Part shown: one piece after another, positions 18,990-29,461 of the stretch
How positions within the stretch are numbered: the first letter of the stretch is position 1
How the letters are laid out: the number at the start of each line of letters is the position of its first letter
Origin: an uncultured Gammaproteobacteria bacterium
GTDB lineage: Bacteria; Patescibacteriota; Patescibacteriia; JAHIZJ01
Assembly (NCBI GenBank): GCA_964594455.1
Contig: CAZQLY010000001.1
Span: 97-64,096 of the forward strand
Length of the DNA stretch: 64,000 nucleotides
Reading direction: 5' to 3'
Translations under genes and position numbers: made by a program
Notes under the pieces: model-generated
Database searches by the model: none
What the model saw: the letters and a program-made list of their open reading frames with translations, nothing else
What the model was told of the DNA's origin: nothing

Positions 18990-20561
18990 ATGGTTCCAAA
19001 AATTAAAAACAAACCTGTAGTCTTGATCATCATGGACGGTTGGGGCGTGGCCCCACCCCATAAAGGCAATGCGGTAATTTTGGGAAAGACTCCAGTCTAT
19101 GACAAGATTCTGGAAAAATACCCCAACACACTGCTCAATGCTTCTAGTCGAGCCGTCGGTTTACCGGTAGGGCAAGTGGGAAATTCTGAGGCTGGTCATA
19201 TGAATATCGGAGCTGGTCGAGTAGTTGAGCAGGACTCGGTTACTATTTCCAAGGGTATCAGTGATGGTACTTTTTTTAAGAATCCGGCTTTTCACGAAGC
19301 GATTGGCCACGTCAATCGCAATAAGTCTAGATTGCACATCATGGGCCTTCTATCTGGTGAACAAAGTGCGCACAGCGACCCAGACCACCTCTTGGCTTTG
19401 ATAACTTTGGCTGAAGATGCCGGGGTAAAAGATATAATTCTTCATCTTTTTACTGATGGTCGAGATTCACCACAGTACTCATCCATTGGCTTCTTAAAAG
19501 ATCTCCAGGCCTCTTTGAAGAAATTCCCCGGGGTAAAGATAGCCTCGATTCAAGGTCGTTTCTATGCCATGGACCGAAAAAAGAAATGGATCAGGACCCA
19601 ACTGGCTTACGAAGCAATTGTATTGGGTAAAGGGAATAAATATAGTGATCCTGAGAAGGCTATTGTGACTGCCTATAACAGAGGCGAGAGTGACGAGTTT
19701 ATCAAACCGAGTGTAATAGTGAATAAGGACAAACCGATCGGCACCGTTAACGAGAATGATTCGCTGGTTTTCTTCAACCTCCGGTCTGACCGGGCTCGTC
19801 AATTAGCCAAAGTTTTTGTGCAACCTGACTTCCAGGGATTTAAGAGAAAGAAGATAGTCAAAGGTCTGCGTTTCATTGCTATGACTGATTTTGGACCCGA
19901 TTTGCCAGGCATTTTGACCGCTTTCCCTAGCGTTGATCTAAAAGGCACCCTACCGATGGCTTATAACGATTTCCGTCAATTATATATTGCCGAATCAGAA
20001 AAATATGCTCATGTGACTTATTTTATGAACGGTGGTTATGCTGATCCAGTGGGAGGTGAAGAAAGAATTATGGTTCCCTCTCCCGATGTTAAGTCTTATG
20101 ACTTAAAGCCGGAAATGAGCGCTTATCAAGTAACCCAAGTTATTGATCATAATATCAGGTCGGATGTTTATGATTTTTATTGTGTTAATTATGCTAATCC
20201 GGACATGGTAGGCCATACCGGTAATCTAAAATCAGCTATCAAGGCGGTCGAAGTAGTGGACGATTGTGTCGGTAAAATTATCAAGGCAGTTTTGGCCAAG
20301 AAGGGCGTAGTCTTTGTAACGGCTGACCACGGTAATGTTGATGAGATGATCAATATTAAAACCGGAGAAGTTCATACTAACCACACCATTAACCCGGTGC
20401 CCTTCATTGTGGTTTCAGACACCTATAAAAAGGTAAAACTGAAAAAGACCGGAGTTTTGAGTGATATTGCCACTACAATATTAAATTTGTATAAAATAAC
20501 TCCACCCAAGGAAATGACCAGCCAGCCGCTGTGCAAATTTCCCGGTGGCTTTGTTAAGTAA
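18990..20561 (+). CDS. gpmI: 2,3-bisphosphoglycerate-independent phosphoglycerate mutase
   Basis: MDGWG, GNSEAGH, DMVGHTG, TADHGN. Confidence 0.96.
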   Translation: MVPKIKNKPVVLIIMDGWGVAPPHKGNAVILGKTPVYDKILEKYPNTLLNASSRAVGLPVGQVGNSEAGHMNIGAGRVVEQDSVTISKGISDGTFFKNPAFHEAIGHVNRNKSRLHIMGLLSGEQSAHSDPDHLLALITLAEDAGVKDIILHLFTDGRDSPQYSSIGFLKDLQASLKKFPGVKIASIQGRFYAMDRKKKWIRTQLAYEAIVLGKGNKYSDPEKAIVTAYNRGESDEFIKPSVIVNKDKPIGTVNENDSLVFFNLRSDRARQLAKVFVQPDFQGFKRKKIVKGLRFIAMTDFGPDLPGILTAFPSVDLKGTLPMAYNDFRQLYIAESEKYAHVTYFMNGGYADPVGGEERIMVPSPDVKSYDLKPEMSAYQVTQVIDHNIRSDVYDFYCVNYANPDMVGHTGNLKSAIKAVEVVDDCVGKIIKAVLAKKGVVFVTADHGNVDEMINIKTGEVHTNHTINPVPFIVVSDTYKKVKLKKTGVLSDIATTILNLYKITPPKEMTSQPLCKFPGGFVK

Positions 20562-20567
20562 AAAGGT

Positions 20568-21587
20568 ATGTTTAGAAAAAGATTTGATGTAGTTACAATC
20601 GGCGGGGCCACTCGTGATATAATGTTCTTTACTGATGCTGGTGTTATCGTATCCAACCCCGGTGATATTTTGAGACAAAAGCTGGTTGGCTACGAGTATG
20701 GTGCTAAGATCAAGCCCAATGATATCCATTTCGTCTTGGGTGGCGGTGGCTGTAATACTGCAATCAACTTTGCCCGACTCGGATTAAAAACAGCAACTTT
20801 TCTTCGATTGGGCCTGGATCGTGATGGAGACACAATTCAAGCCGAACTAAGCAATGGCCGGGTCAATACTCAATTCATTGAGCGTGATTCCTCTGAAGGA
20901 ACCGGTTTTTCATTCATCGCGATTCATGAACCGAGCCGGGAGCACACGGCTTTTCTCTATCGTGGGGCTAACAATCAGATGAAGATGACCCAGGCCGAGC
21001 TGCGCCGAGCTCGTGCTAAATGGTTTTATGTTTCCTCGCTTGCGGGAAAGAACTGGGCAGTAACTTTAAAAAATCTAGTCAAGTATTTAGGCACGGAAAA
21101 GAAGACCAAACTAGCCTGGAATCCAGGCTCAACCCAGATAAAAAAAGGCAAGCGGGCTTTAGCACCATTATTGAAATATACTGACACTTTTATTGTGAAT
21201 AAAGATGAAGCGATCGAGCTGGTTCTTTCTGAATCAAAAGCCAAAGGCCAAACCAGCATTTGGAAATTAGCCAAAACACTCCAGGGCTGGGGGCCGAGAC
21301 GGGTGGTAATAACTCACGGCAGCCGGGGAGCCTACGTCTTTGATGGCGAGAATAAATATTATGAGAAAGCAATTACCCGAGTCGAAAAGGACACCACGGG
21401 TGCGGGTGATGCCTTTGGATCAACTTTTATCGCTGGTTTAATCTTGTTCCGAGGAAATGTGAAGCGTGCTCTCCGTTCAGCTATCGTTAACAGCAGCTCT
21501 GTGGTCGGCCAGGTTGGAGCCCAGAACGGATTACTCTCTCGCAGCAGCTTGCTAGATTCCGTCAAGAAAAAATATAAAGATTGGTAA
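20568..21587 (+). CDS. PfkB family carbohydrate kinase
   Basis: GGGGCNTA and DTTGAGDAF motifs. Confidence 0.9.
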   Translation: MFRKRFDVVTIGGATRDIMFFTDAGVIVSNPGDILRQKLVGYEYGAKIKPNDIHFVLGGGGCNTAINFARLGLKTATFLRLGLDRDGDTIQAELSNGRVNTQFIERDSSEGTGFSFIAIHEPSREHTAFLYRGANNQMKMTQAELRRARAKWFYVSSLAGKNWAVTLKNLVKYLGTEKKTKLAWNPGSTQIKKGKRALAPLLKYTDTFIVNKDEAIELVLSESKAKGQTSIWKLAKTLQGWGPRRVVITHGSRGAYVFDGENKYYEKAITRVEKDTTGAGDAFGSTFIAGLILFRGNVKRALRSAIVNSSSVVGQVGAQNGLLSRSSLLDSVKKKYKDW

Positions 21588-21591
21588 AAAT

Positions 21592-22182
21592 ATGAAAAAA
21601 ACATTCAAAACTCTAGTTGAAGTATCAGCCCGGCATATCCATTTAAATCAGACAGCTGTAAAAAAACTGTTTGGAGCTAATTATGATTTAAAAACACATA
21701 AAATAATTTCTCAGCCCAATCAATTCGCAGCCGCTGAGACAGTGAAGGTTATCGGTCCAAAAGGCAGCTTCAAAAGGGTGCGGGTGGTTGGACCGATACG
21801 ACCCAGGACCCAGTTGGAAATATCAGTTACAGATTCGTATATATTGGGCATTCAGCCCCAAGTGCGTGTTTCCGGCGATCTAAAAGGTACTACCGGCGGT
21901 GTTAAGATTGTCGGTCCTCGTGGGTCCCTAAATATGCGTGACGGGGTGATTATCGCTCAGCGTCATTTGCATCTTCAGCCCGAGTTAGCCAAGAAATATG
22001 GCTTGAAACACCGCAGCAAGGTCAGCGTTCAGCTCGGTGGAAAAAGATCAGTAACTTTTCATCAAGTTGTCGTACGGAGTCGGCCGGGCATTGATAAGTT
22101 ATCTTTTCAAATAGATACCGATGAAGGCAATGCTGCCGGGATTGCCGGACGAGCCTATGGACAGGTAATAATAGAAAAGTAG
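21592..22182 (+). CDS. pduL: Phosphate propanoyltransferase (PduL family)
   Basis: VSARHIHL, SQPNQFA, QLEISVTD, RHLH, IDTDEGNA. Confidence 0.92.
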   Translation: MKKTFKTLVEVSARHIHLNQTAVKKLFGANYDLKTHKIISQPNQFAAAETVKVIGPKGSFKRVRVVGPIRPRTQLEISVTDSYILGIQPQVRVSGDLKGTTGGVKIVGPRGSLNMRDGVIIAQRHLHLQPELAKKYGLKHRSKVSVQLGGKRSVTFHQVVVRSRPGIDKLSFQIDTDEGNAAGIAGRAYGQVIIEK

Positions 22183-22183
22183 C

Positions 22184-22489
22184 ATGAAGCTTAAATTTAC
22201 TAAGCAGTTTCGGGAAAACGAAAGAATGCTAATGCGACACTGCGGTTATTTTCCGTCCGTTAACAGAAGAACAGGTGAGTTAAGCTATATCCGTCAGCTA
22301 AGACGAACGCCTTATCCCAGATTCCACATTTATATTAATTCACCCATCAGGCAGGGCTTGGTTATAAATCTGCACTTGGATGCCAAAAGACCAAGTTATG
22401 AGGGCTCGCACGCCCACTCAGGCGAATACGATTCTGACATTGTAAGCGAGGAAGCTGAGCGTATTAATACTATTTTACAGCGTTTATGA
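22184..22489 (+). CDS. Hypothetical protein
   Basis: Operonic ORF with YPRFHIY and HAHSGEYD motifs. Confidence 0.75.
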   Translation: MKLKFTKQFRENERMLMRHCGYFPSVNRRTGELSYIRQLRRTPYPRFHIYINSPIRQGLVINLHLDAKRPSYEGSHAHSGEYDSDIVSEEAERINTILQRL

Positions 22490-23658
22490 AAAAATCATCC
22501 CCCTACATTTTAATATTGAATGCCGGCAGTTCCACAGTTAAGTTTTCTATTTTTTCAAAACCGGATCTCAAGCAAGCTGTCGGGGGAATAGTGGAGCGTA
22601 TTGGCTTAAAGAACTCCTTTTTTGAATATAAAGAAAAAGGAACTAACCCGGTTCGAATAGATTACCCCAAAGGAGTAAAAAACCATACTGAGGCTGTTCA
22701 ACTTATTTTGGGTGAAGTGGAAATGCTGGGTTTAAATATTGATATGGTGGGACACAGAGTAGTTCACGGAGCAGAAGAATTTCGAAAACCCACTCATTTG
22801 ACCCCTGCGGTTGTAAAAAGAATTGAGCAGTATTCTAATTTGGCGCCGTTACACAATCCGGCTAACATTGCTGTTATCCGATCTTGTTTTAAGTTGTTAC
22901 CTGGTGTCAAGAATATGGCTCATTTTGATACGGCCTTCCACGCCACTCTGCCACCTAAGGCTTACCGGTATTCAATACCAAAAAAGTATTATAAAAAGTA
23001 TCGTATCCGCAAATACGGTTTTCATGGATTATCGCACCAATATGTGGCCGAAGAAGCAGCACGGCGTTTAAAAAAACCTCTCAGTCGGTGCAATATGATA
23101 ACCTGCCATTTGGGTAGTGGTTGCAGTATCGCAGCCATCAAAAACGGCCAGTCGATCGATACTACTATGGGCTTTACGCCTTTGGAGGGCTTGACTATGG
23201 CCACGCGGTCAGGCGACATTGATCCAGCAGTGGTTTTATTTTTGATCGACAAGGTTGGCTTAACAGTTAGCCAAGTGGATAATTTACTAAATAAAGAATC
23301 GGGCTGGAAGGGCTTGAGTGGTATTAGTTCTGATCTTCGTGAAATATTAATCGCAGCCGGATACAGAGTCCCGGGTTTCCGCGTCAAACATAAGTTTACT
23401 CCCAGCCAAAAGAAAGATGCCCAACTGGCCCTAGAAGCATTTGTTTATGATGTTCAAAGATATATCGGATCATATATATCGCTTTTGCCCAGAACTGACG
23501 CCATTGTTTTTACCGCTGGAGTTGGAGAACGTAACCAAACAGTACGCGGGTTGATAATACGAGGAATCCGAAAACCCAAAGAAACGAAAGTGTTAGCCAT
23601 TCCCACTAATGAAGAATATTTTATAGCTCAATCAGCCGACAAATTGTTTGGGGGGTAG
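22486..23658 (+). CDS. ackA: Acetate kinase
   Basis: LNAGSST, GHRVVHG, APLHNP, YGFHGLSH, IPTNEE. Confidence 0.95.
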   Translation: MKKSSPYILILNAGSSTVKFSIFSKPDLKQAVGGIVERIGLKNSFFEYKEKGTNPVRIDYPKGVKNHTEAVQLILGEVEMLGLNIDMVGHRVVHGAEEFRKPTHLTPAVVKRIEQYSNLAPLHNPANIAVIRSCFKLLPGVKNMAHFDTAFHATLPPKAYRYSIPKKYYKKYRIRKYGFHGLSHQYVAEEAARRLKKPLSRCNMITCHLGSGCSIAAIKNGQSIDTTMGFTPLEGLTMATRSGDIDPAVVLFLIDKVGLTVSQVDNLLNKESGWKGLSGISSDLREILIAAGYRVPGFRVKHKFTPSQKKDAQLALEAFVYDVQRYIGSYISLLPRTDAIVFTAGVGERNQTVRGLIIRGIRKPKETKVLAIPTNEEYFIAQSADKLFGG

Positions 23659-23664
23659 TTAGAG

Positions 23665-24090
23665 ATGAAAACCAAAACAAATAAAGCTGCTGGGATAATA
23701 GTGGTGCACTCAAAAACAAAAAAAGTGCTGCTACTTTATCGTCCGCAATATCGTCATTGGGAGTATTCCAAGGGCAGGATTGAGTCAGGCGAAAAGGAAA
23801 TCCAAACAGCTAAACGTGAGTTGAAAGAAGAAGTGAATATTCGAAAAATAAAGATTGCGCCTGATTTCAAAGAAAGGATCAGATATAGTTTCAAGGCTGA
23901 CGGCATGATTATTCGCAGGAAAGTAGTTTATTTTTTGGGTTTTACTAGCGATCGCATCAAGCTATCATCGGAGCATTCAGCCTATCGCTGGTGTACTTTT
24001 GCTGAGGCCAAAAGAAGGTTTAAGCACCGAAATTACATTATCTTATTGAACAAGGCAAAAAAATACCTGGAAAGAAACATTGAGCCGTGA
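23665..24090 (+). CDS. NUDIX hydrolase (Ap4A hydrolase-like)
   Basis: KGRIESGE...TAKRELKEE Nudix box. Confidence 0.88.
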   Translation: MKTKTNKAAGIIVVHSKTKKVLLLYRPQYRHWEYSKGRIESGEKEIQTAKRELKEEVNIRKIKIAPDFKERIRYSFKADGMIIRRKVVYFLGFTSDRIKLSSEHSAYRWCTFAEAKRRFKHRNYIILLNKAKKYLERNIEP

Positions 24091-24114
24091 TTTTTAATAT
24101 GATAAAATAATTGT

Positions 24115-24672
24115 ATGATTAATAGGTTTTTCAAGTCGAGATCAAACGGTATCATGGTCATAACTTGGTCAATGATAATATTTTTCATTGGCATAGCTAC
24201 AACCATCGGTTTATTAGTTTTGCAAAATTATCAGTCAAATAAGCGCGATGAGACTCGTCAGGGAGATATGTCTAAACTGGCTAATGCCTTGGGGCAATAC
24301 CATGATCAATATGGCACATTTCCTACCGGGGAAGGAGCCAGCACTGATAAAGTATGGGGACAGCCAGTAAATAGCGAGTCAGGTAATCCGCTTCAGGTCT
24401 TAGTAGCTGAGGGTTTTATAGACAAATTGCCTACTGATCCCATTAATAAGAATAACGGCTGTCGATGCGGCGGAGGATACAAATATTATTACTGTTATTA
24501 CGAAGAAGGCAGTGAGCGGAGTTGCATCAGAGACGGAGACAGTAAGGATAGTTTTAATACCGACAAATTTCATCTCAGTACTTGTTTAGAAAATACGGAT
24601 ACTGAATGCCAGATTACTTGCGGAGGAATAATATCTGCTTTTGGAAATTATTGCCCCGTTGACAAATCTTAA
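24115..24672 (+). CDS. Pseudopilin/type IV pilin-like (GspG-like) protein
   Basis: N-terminal hydrophobic helix, RDETRQGD...ALGQY.D..GTFP, LPTDP, Cys-rich tail. Confidence 0.7.
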   Translation: MINRFFKSRSNGIMVITWSMIIFFIGIATTIGLLVLQNYQSNKRDETRQGDMSKLANALGQYHDQYGTFPTGEGASTDKVWGQPVNSESGNPLQVLVAEGFIDKLPTDPINKNNGCRCGGGYKYYYCYYEEGSERSCIRDGDSKDSFNTDKFHLSTCLENTDTECQITCGGIISAFGNYCPVDKS

Positions 24673-24771
24673 TTAGATAGTTAAATCATCACAACAAATG
24701 GGCGGGAGTAACGCCTATTTTGTTACCAAAAATGCTTTACCGTAATTTTTTTAAATGATAGAGTAAAGAAT

Positions 24772-26481
24772 ATGGAGAAAAAATGGATTGTAGCCGAACC
24801 GATGCCCAAAGATTTTCAGGACAACTTCCCTGAAGTAAGTCCGGTGGTTTTGCAATTGTTGTATAACCGAAATTTGAAAACCCAGGATGAGATAGACGAG
24901 TTTACGAATCCGGACTATGGCCAGGATATCCATGATCCTTATTTATTTAAGGATATGAAAAAGGTGATAGCCAGGATTCAGCAGGCCCTAAAGAATAAGG
25001 AAAAAATCTTGGTACACGGTGATTATGATGCCGATGGAGTATGCGGTGCGGCTATTATAGTGAGCGCGTTAAAAATCATAGACCCGGATTGTAATGTGGA
25101 CGTCTATCTGCCGCATCGAGAAATAGAGGGCTACGGAATGAATGTCAATTCGGTGGAAGAGTTTTCAAAAAACGGGGTTTCGTTAATAATTACGGCGGAT
25201 TGCGGTACATCCAATATCGAGGAAGTAAAATTAGCCAACGAACGAAATATCGACGTTATAATTACCGATCACCATGTCCCGCACGAGGAATTACCAGCCG
25301 CATACGGGATTATCAACGCCTGGGTTGAGGGTGAAAATTATCCTTGCCAACAGCTAGCCGGTTCAGGCGTGGCTTTTAAATTGTGTCAGGCTTTGCTGAA
25401 AGAAAATAAGATAGAGGAGGCACAAGAAAAATGGCTATTAGATCTTGTGGCTATTGGAACAATCGGTGATTACGTGCCCTTAGTAGGCGAAAACAGAACC
25501 CTGACTAAATATGGTATGATTGTTTTGAAGAAGACGCGTCGGCTGGGCCTGCAATCTCTGATGAAGGTAATTAATCTCCCTGTTAATAAGATCGATACGC
25601 GTTCCATAGCTTTTCAGCTAGTGCCCAAGCTCAATGCGGCTGGCCGGGTGGATCATGCTAATACCGCTTATCAGTTGTTAGTATCAGGTTTAAAAGAGGA
25701 AGCCGACAAAGTGGCAGTGGGTTTAAATAAATTAAACCAGGAAAGACAGAAAATCACTGAACGCATGACTCAAGAAGCCAAAGCCCAGCTAGGCGAAGTA
25801 ACGGATGATCAATACGTCCTGATGGCTGAAGGCAAGGATTGGCCGGCGGGTCTGGTTGGTTTAGTAGCTTCCCGCTTGATGGACGAGTATTGTCGACCCA
25901 CGATAATAGTAGGCCGTCGCCAGGGTTTAGTGATAGGCTCAGGCCGAAGCTTGCCTGAATTTCATATTGCCAATGCTTTAAAGGAATTAGAAGATTTATT
26001 TACCCACTACGGGGGACATCGTCAAGCCTGTGGATTTACGTTAAAGGATGGGGTCAAAGTCAGTGATTTGAAAAAAGCCATTAACAACCTAGCGCGTCAG
26101 CAGCTCAAAACCGAAGATATGGCACCAAAAGTTTATGTTGATATGGAGATAAAATTTAACCAAATTGATTGGGATTTAGTTCAAGTCTTGGAATCGTTTG
26201 CCCCATACGGGGAAGGAAATTCAACTCCACTTTTAGTATCTAAACAGCTTGAAGTTATTGATTGGGAAAGAGTTGGAGCTGATCGCAAGCATTTGCGCTT
26301 GGTGGTGCGGGACGATTCAATGGTGGTTCGTCGTTTTATTGGATTTGGTTTTGGCCACTGGGGTGATAAATTAACTACTCAGGATCGGATTGATGCGGTT
26401 TATGAATTAGGTGTTAACGAATGGAATGGTACTCGTGAGCTCCAGCTTAAATTAGTGGATTTAAAATATTCAAAAGTGTAA
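24772..26481 (+). CDS. recJ: Single-stranded DNA exonuclease RecJ
   Basis: GDYDADG, DCG, TDHH, GGH motifs. Confidence 0.96.
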   Translation: MEKKWIVAEPMPKDFQDNFPEVSPVVLQLLYNRNLKTQDEIDEFTNPDYGQDIHDPYLFKDMKKVIARIQQALKNKEKILVHGDYDADGVCGAAIIVSALKIIDPDCNVDVYLPHREIEGYGMNVNSVEEFSKNGVSLIITADCGTSNIEEVKLANERNIDVIITDHHVPHEELPAAYGIINAWVEGENYPCQQLAGSGVAFKLCQALLKENKIEEAQEKWLLDLVAIGTIGDYVPLVGENRTLTKYGMIVLKKTRRLGLQSLMKVINLPVNKIDTRSIAFQLVPKLNAAGRVDHANTAYQLLVSGLKEEADKVAVGLNKLNQERQKITERMTQEAKAQLGEVTDDQYVLMAEGKDWPAGLVGLVASRLMDEYCRPTIIVGRRQGLVIGSGRSLPEFHIANALKELEDLFTHYGGHRQACGFTLKDGVKVSDLKKAINNLARQQLKTEDMAPKVYVDMEIKFNQIDWDLVQVLESFAPYGEGNSTPLLVSKQLEVIDWERVGADRKHLRLVVRDDSMVVRRFIGFGFGHWGDKLTTQDRIDAVYELGVNEWNGTRELQLKLVDLKYSKV

Positions 26482-26490
26482 AATATAATT

Positions 26491-26910
26491 ATGGAAAATC
26501 AAAAAATCACAATTTATTCCGATGGAGGCGCCCGTGGTAATCCTGGCCCGGCTGCGATCGGGGTAGTGATATACGATCAGGACAAAAAAATAATTGATAC
26601 AATTTCCGAGTATATTGGAGAAACCACCAATAACCAAGCTGAATACCAAGCTATTTTAAAAGGAATAGAACGATCCCAGGAATTAGGAGCCCAGGAGTTA
26701 GAGTGTTATTTGGACAGTGAGCTGATAGTTAATCAATTACAGTTGAAGTATAAGGTCAAAAATCAGGGATTGGGACCACTTTTCATAAAAACCTGGAATT
26801 TAGTTCAAAAATTTAAAAAGGTTGAGTTTTTTTTCATACCTCGAGAACAGAACAAAGCTGCTGACAAACTGGTTAATGAAGCTTTAGATAAACAAATGAA
26901 AAATAATTAA
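26491..26910 (+). CDS. rnhA: Ribonuclease HI family protein
   Basis: DGGARGNPGPA, TNNQAEY, DSEL, PREQN..AD. Confidence 0.9.
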   Translation: MENQKITIYSDGGARGNPGPAAIGVVIYDQDKKIIDTISEYIGETTNNQAEYQAILKGIERSQELGAQELECYLDSELIVNQLQLKYKVKNQGLGPLFIKTWNLVQKFKKVEFFFIPREQNKAADKLVNEALDKQMKNN

Positions 26911-26921
26911 TATTTCACACT

Positions 26922-27176
26922 ATGTCAGAAAAAAATTCCGAAAAACAAAAAGAAGAATTCACTGTCTCAGGGGAGAAAGTAGTGGAAAAAGTCAAAGAAT
27001 TGGTCCAAGAAGGCAATACTCGCCGGATTATCATCAAAAATGAAAAAGGAGAAGAGATTGTTGAGTTCCCATTGACCTTTGGCGCAGTCGGAGCAATCAT
27101 TGCCCCTATCTTAGCTGCTGTTGGTGCGGCTGCGGCCTTGCTGACAAAATGCACTATCGTAGTAATAAAAAAGTAA
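26922..27176 (+). CDS. DUF4342-like small protein
   Basis: KVKELVQEGNTRRIIIK...LAAVGAAAALLTKCTI. Confidence 0.8.
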   Translation: MSEKNSEKQKEEFTVSGEKVVEKVKELVQEGNTRRIIIKNEKGEEIVEFPLTFGAVGAIIAPILAAVGAAAALLTKCTIVVIKK

Positions 27177-27179
27177 AGC

Positions 27180-27808
27180 GTGACTCAAGCCGCATTAAAG
27201 AAAGCACTGCATCGTAAAATTGATGCAGCCAAGTTTGCAGATTATGTAATAAAGCAGCCAAGCTTGTTGAGTGTTTTGTATGATAGTATTCAAGACAAGC
27301 CGGCTTCGGTTAAATTCCAGTCAGTTAAAGTACTTTCATTGATAAGTCAAAAAAAACCGGCCTGATATATCCGCAGTTTGATTTTTTTGTGAAACTTCTC
27401 AGCCTAGACAATAATATCATTAAATGGAATGTGGTTGTTATAATAGCAAATTTAACCACGGTTGATAAAAAAAAGAAGTTCGAGAAGATATTCCGTCAAT
27501 ATTACGATTTGATGAAGGAAAATGTTCTGGTTACAGCGGCTTTGATTGCTTTTAATTCCGGAACTATTATTATAGCCAAGCCCATATTAAGACAAAGAAT
27601 CATTAGTGAGCTGCTTAAGGCTGAACAATATAAATTACCCACCAAAGAATGTCGTAACGTTTTAGCTTGGAGAACAATCCAATGTTTTACCGAATGTGCT
27701 GATGTGGTTTCAAAAAACAAGCGGGTTGTAGCTTATGTCAAGAAACATCTGAGCAATAGACGCCCATCAACAAAAAAAGCGGCGGAGCAGTTTTCCCAAA
27801 AAATCTAG
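27180..27808 (+). pseudogene. HEAT/ARM-like helical protein split by a 1-nt frameshift near the A8 tract 27349-27356
   Basis: ORF 27180-27365 ends QKKPA*; the frame of ORF 27389-27808 is open upstream as LIYPQFDFF. Confidence 0.65.
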
Positions 27809-28585
27809 TTATTCCGGTTCGCGATAGCCTTTGCGTGAGATTTGATATATGAATATAATTGCCAGGATAGCAAATAAGCCAATCTCGGCATAAATGGAAA
27901 TTCCATGTAGGCGCGGAATAAATTCCGGATTCTTTTTTACTATTTCAAAATCGGTCACGTAGATAACTTCGCAAGCACCATCGCTAGTATCGTCACGGGT
28001 CGTACTAGTACCGCGCAGGCCGATAATCTGGCCGGTTTCATCGTCAGTGACTTGGTAAGTTACCAAATAGCCAGAAAAAGAAATTTGATCCCCAATCCGT
28101 ACCTGTTCTATGCTTTTGGCTATTTCGTCGTTGGCTGGAATCAAATGGTTATTGGAAATCGCTCGGTGTGAAAATTCAGAAAAGAGTTCCTGGCTATCAA
28201 AATACCAATAGCAAGTAAATTCACCGCTGCTAAAATCTCCCTTTTTATAAATATCTGTTTCAATATTTTCTCCCCAGACTACACAGACATCCTTGGTATT
28301 GAAAGGGTCGTTTTTGTGAATGTAATCATACCAAGTATCTGATTCGTATTGGGTGACCACTAGTCCAGAAATCTCGTAGACAAATTGGGGAGACAATAAA
28401 GCGGTATAGCCATCTTGGCTAATAGTGATATCGCTGGCGCTAGTCGTGTACTGGCTTGGTTCTTGAATAAGATTGGTTAGTAATTCATCCGGGTTTGGCA
28501 AGGTGTAGCGAAAAAAGTAAGTCCCAACAAAAACCAGCACACAAACGTAAAAAGCGTTCTTCAGTATTATATGCAAAATTCTCAT
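27809..28585 (-). CDS. Hypothetical membrane protein
   Basis: 258 aa ORF with N- and C-terminal TM segments, SNNHLIPA motif. Confidence 0.8.
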   Translation of the reverse strand: MRILHIILKNAFYVCVLVFVGTYFFRYTLPNPDELLTNLIQEPSQYTTSASDITISQDGYTALLSPQFVYEISGLVVTQYESDTWYDYIHKNDPFNTKDVCVVWGENIETDIYKKGDFSSGEFTCYWYFDSQELFSEFSHRAISNNHLIPANDEIAKSIEQVRIGDQISFSGYLVTYQVTDDETGQIIGLRGTSTTRDDTSDGACEVIYVTDFEIVKKNPEFIPRLHGISIYAEIGLFAILAIIFIYQISRKGYREPE

Positions 28586-28666
28586 AATATTAATAATACA
28601 GGTATTAGAAATAAATTACGAGCCAGGGGGATCTTGACATAATAAATGGTTGTGGTAATATCGCTT

Positions 28667-28864
28667 TCGATAGTACCTTGACCTATAATGTGGCGGTACA
28701 CCACTGCTCTTGTCGTGCTGGATGTACTGGGACGTTTTGAGTCCTGACAGGCTCGGAATCAGACTGGTGCATACGCGTTAGCGCGGTATAGAATAAGACA
28801 TCATTGCTTTCCGCCACAGTTTTCATGAGCGCCGATTCCCTGATGGGAAGAGGTGCTCTTTTTT
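28667..28864 (+). ncRNA. Candidate structured small RNA (long bulged hairpin, 6S-like shape)
   Basis: TTGACA 28634 and TAATAT 28656; stem TGTGGCGG 28689/CCGCCACA 28811; terminator 28827-28864; no ORF of 60 aa or more. Confidence 0.5.
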
Positions 28865-28915
28865 ATTGACTGGAGTTTTATTTAACGGTAAAATCTTAAA
28901 AGAAAGGAGATTATC

Positions 28916-29365
28916 ATGAAGACCTTAGTCATTTACGATTCAAATTTTGGCAACACAGAAAAAGTTTCCCAGAAAGTTGCCGAGGGAGTCAGCGCGGAGG
29001 CAAAAAAAATAACCGACGTCAATCCAGAGCGATTGGAGGATTTTGAGATGGTAATTGTTGGTTCACCTACTCACGGTGGTCGTCCATCTCAACAAATGAA
29101 ATCGTTTTTGGACAAAATACCGAGTAATTCTTTGAAAGGTAAAAAAAGCGCTTGTTTTGATACCAGCATACCAGTAGAGGGCCAATCCCTTTTTCTGAAA
29201 ATGATCATAAAAATATTCGGTTACGCCGCCAAACGTACCGCTGCGATAATGGTTAAAAAAGGCACCCAAAACATTGCCAGTGAATCTTTCTTTGTTTTGG
29301 GAAAAGAAGGCCCGCTAAAAGAAGGGGAGCTGGAAAGAGCTAAGGATTGGGCCGAGCGACTCTAA
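28916..29365 (+). CDS. Flavodoxin family protein
   Basis: IYDSNFGNTEK, VGSPTHGG, FDT. Confidence 0.92.
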   Translation: MKTLVIYDSNFGNTEKVSQKVAEGVSAEAKKITDVNPERLEDFEMVIVGSPTHGGRPSQQMKSFLDKIPSNSLKGKKSACFDTSIPVEGQSLFLKMIIKIFGYAAKRTAAIMVKKGTQNIASESFFVLGKEGPLKEGELERAKDWAERL

Positions 29366-29461
29366 TAATTTAGAGATTTACCCTTGACAGGAACCACGCA
29401 TTGTGATTAGCTTGGGTGGTTCTTTTTGTTTTTGAGTGGCGCGCAAAAAAAGGAGGGTCGC

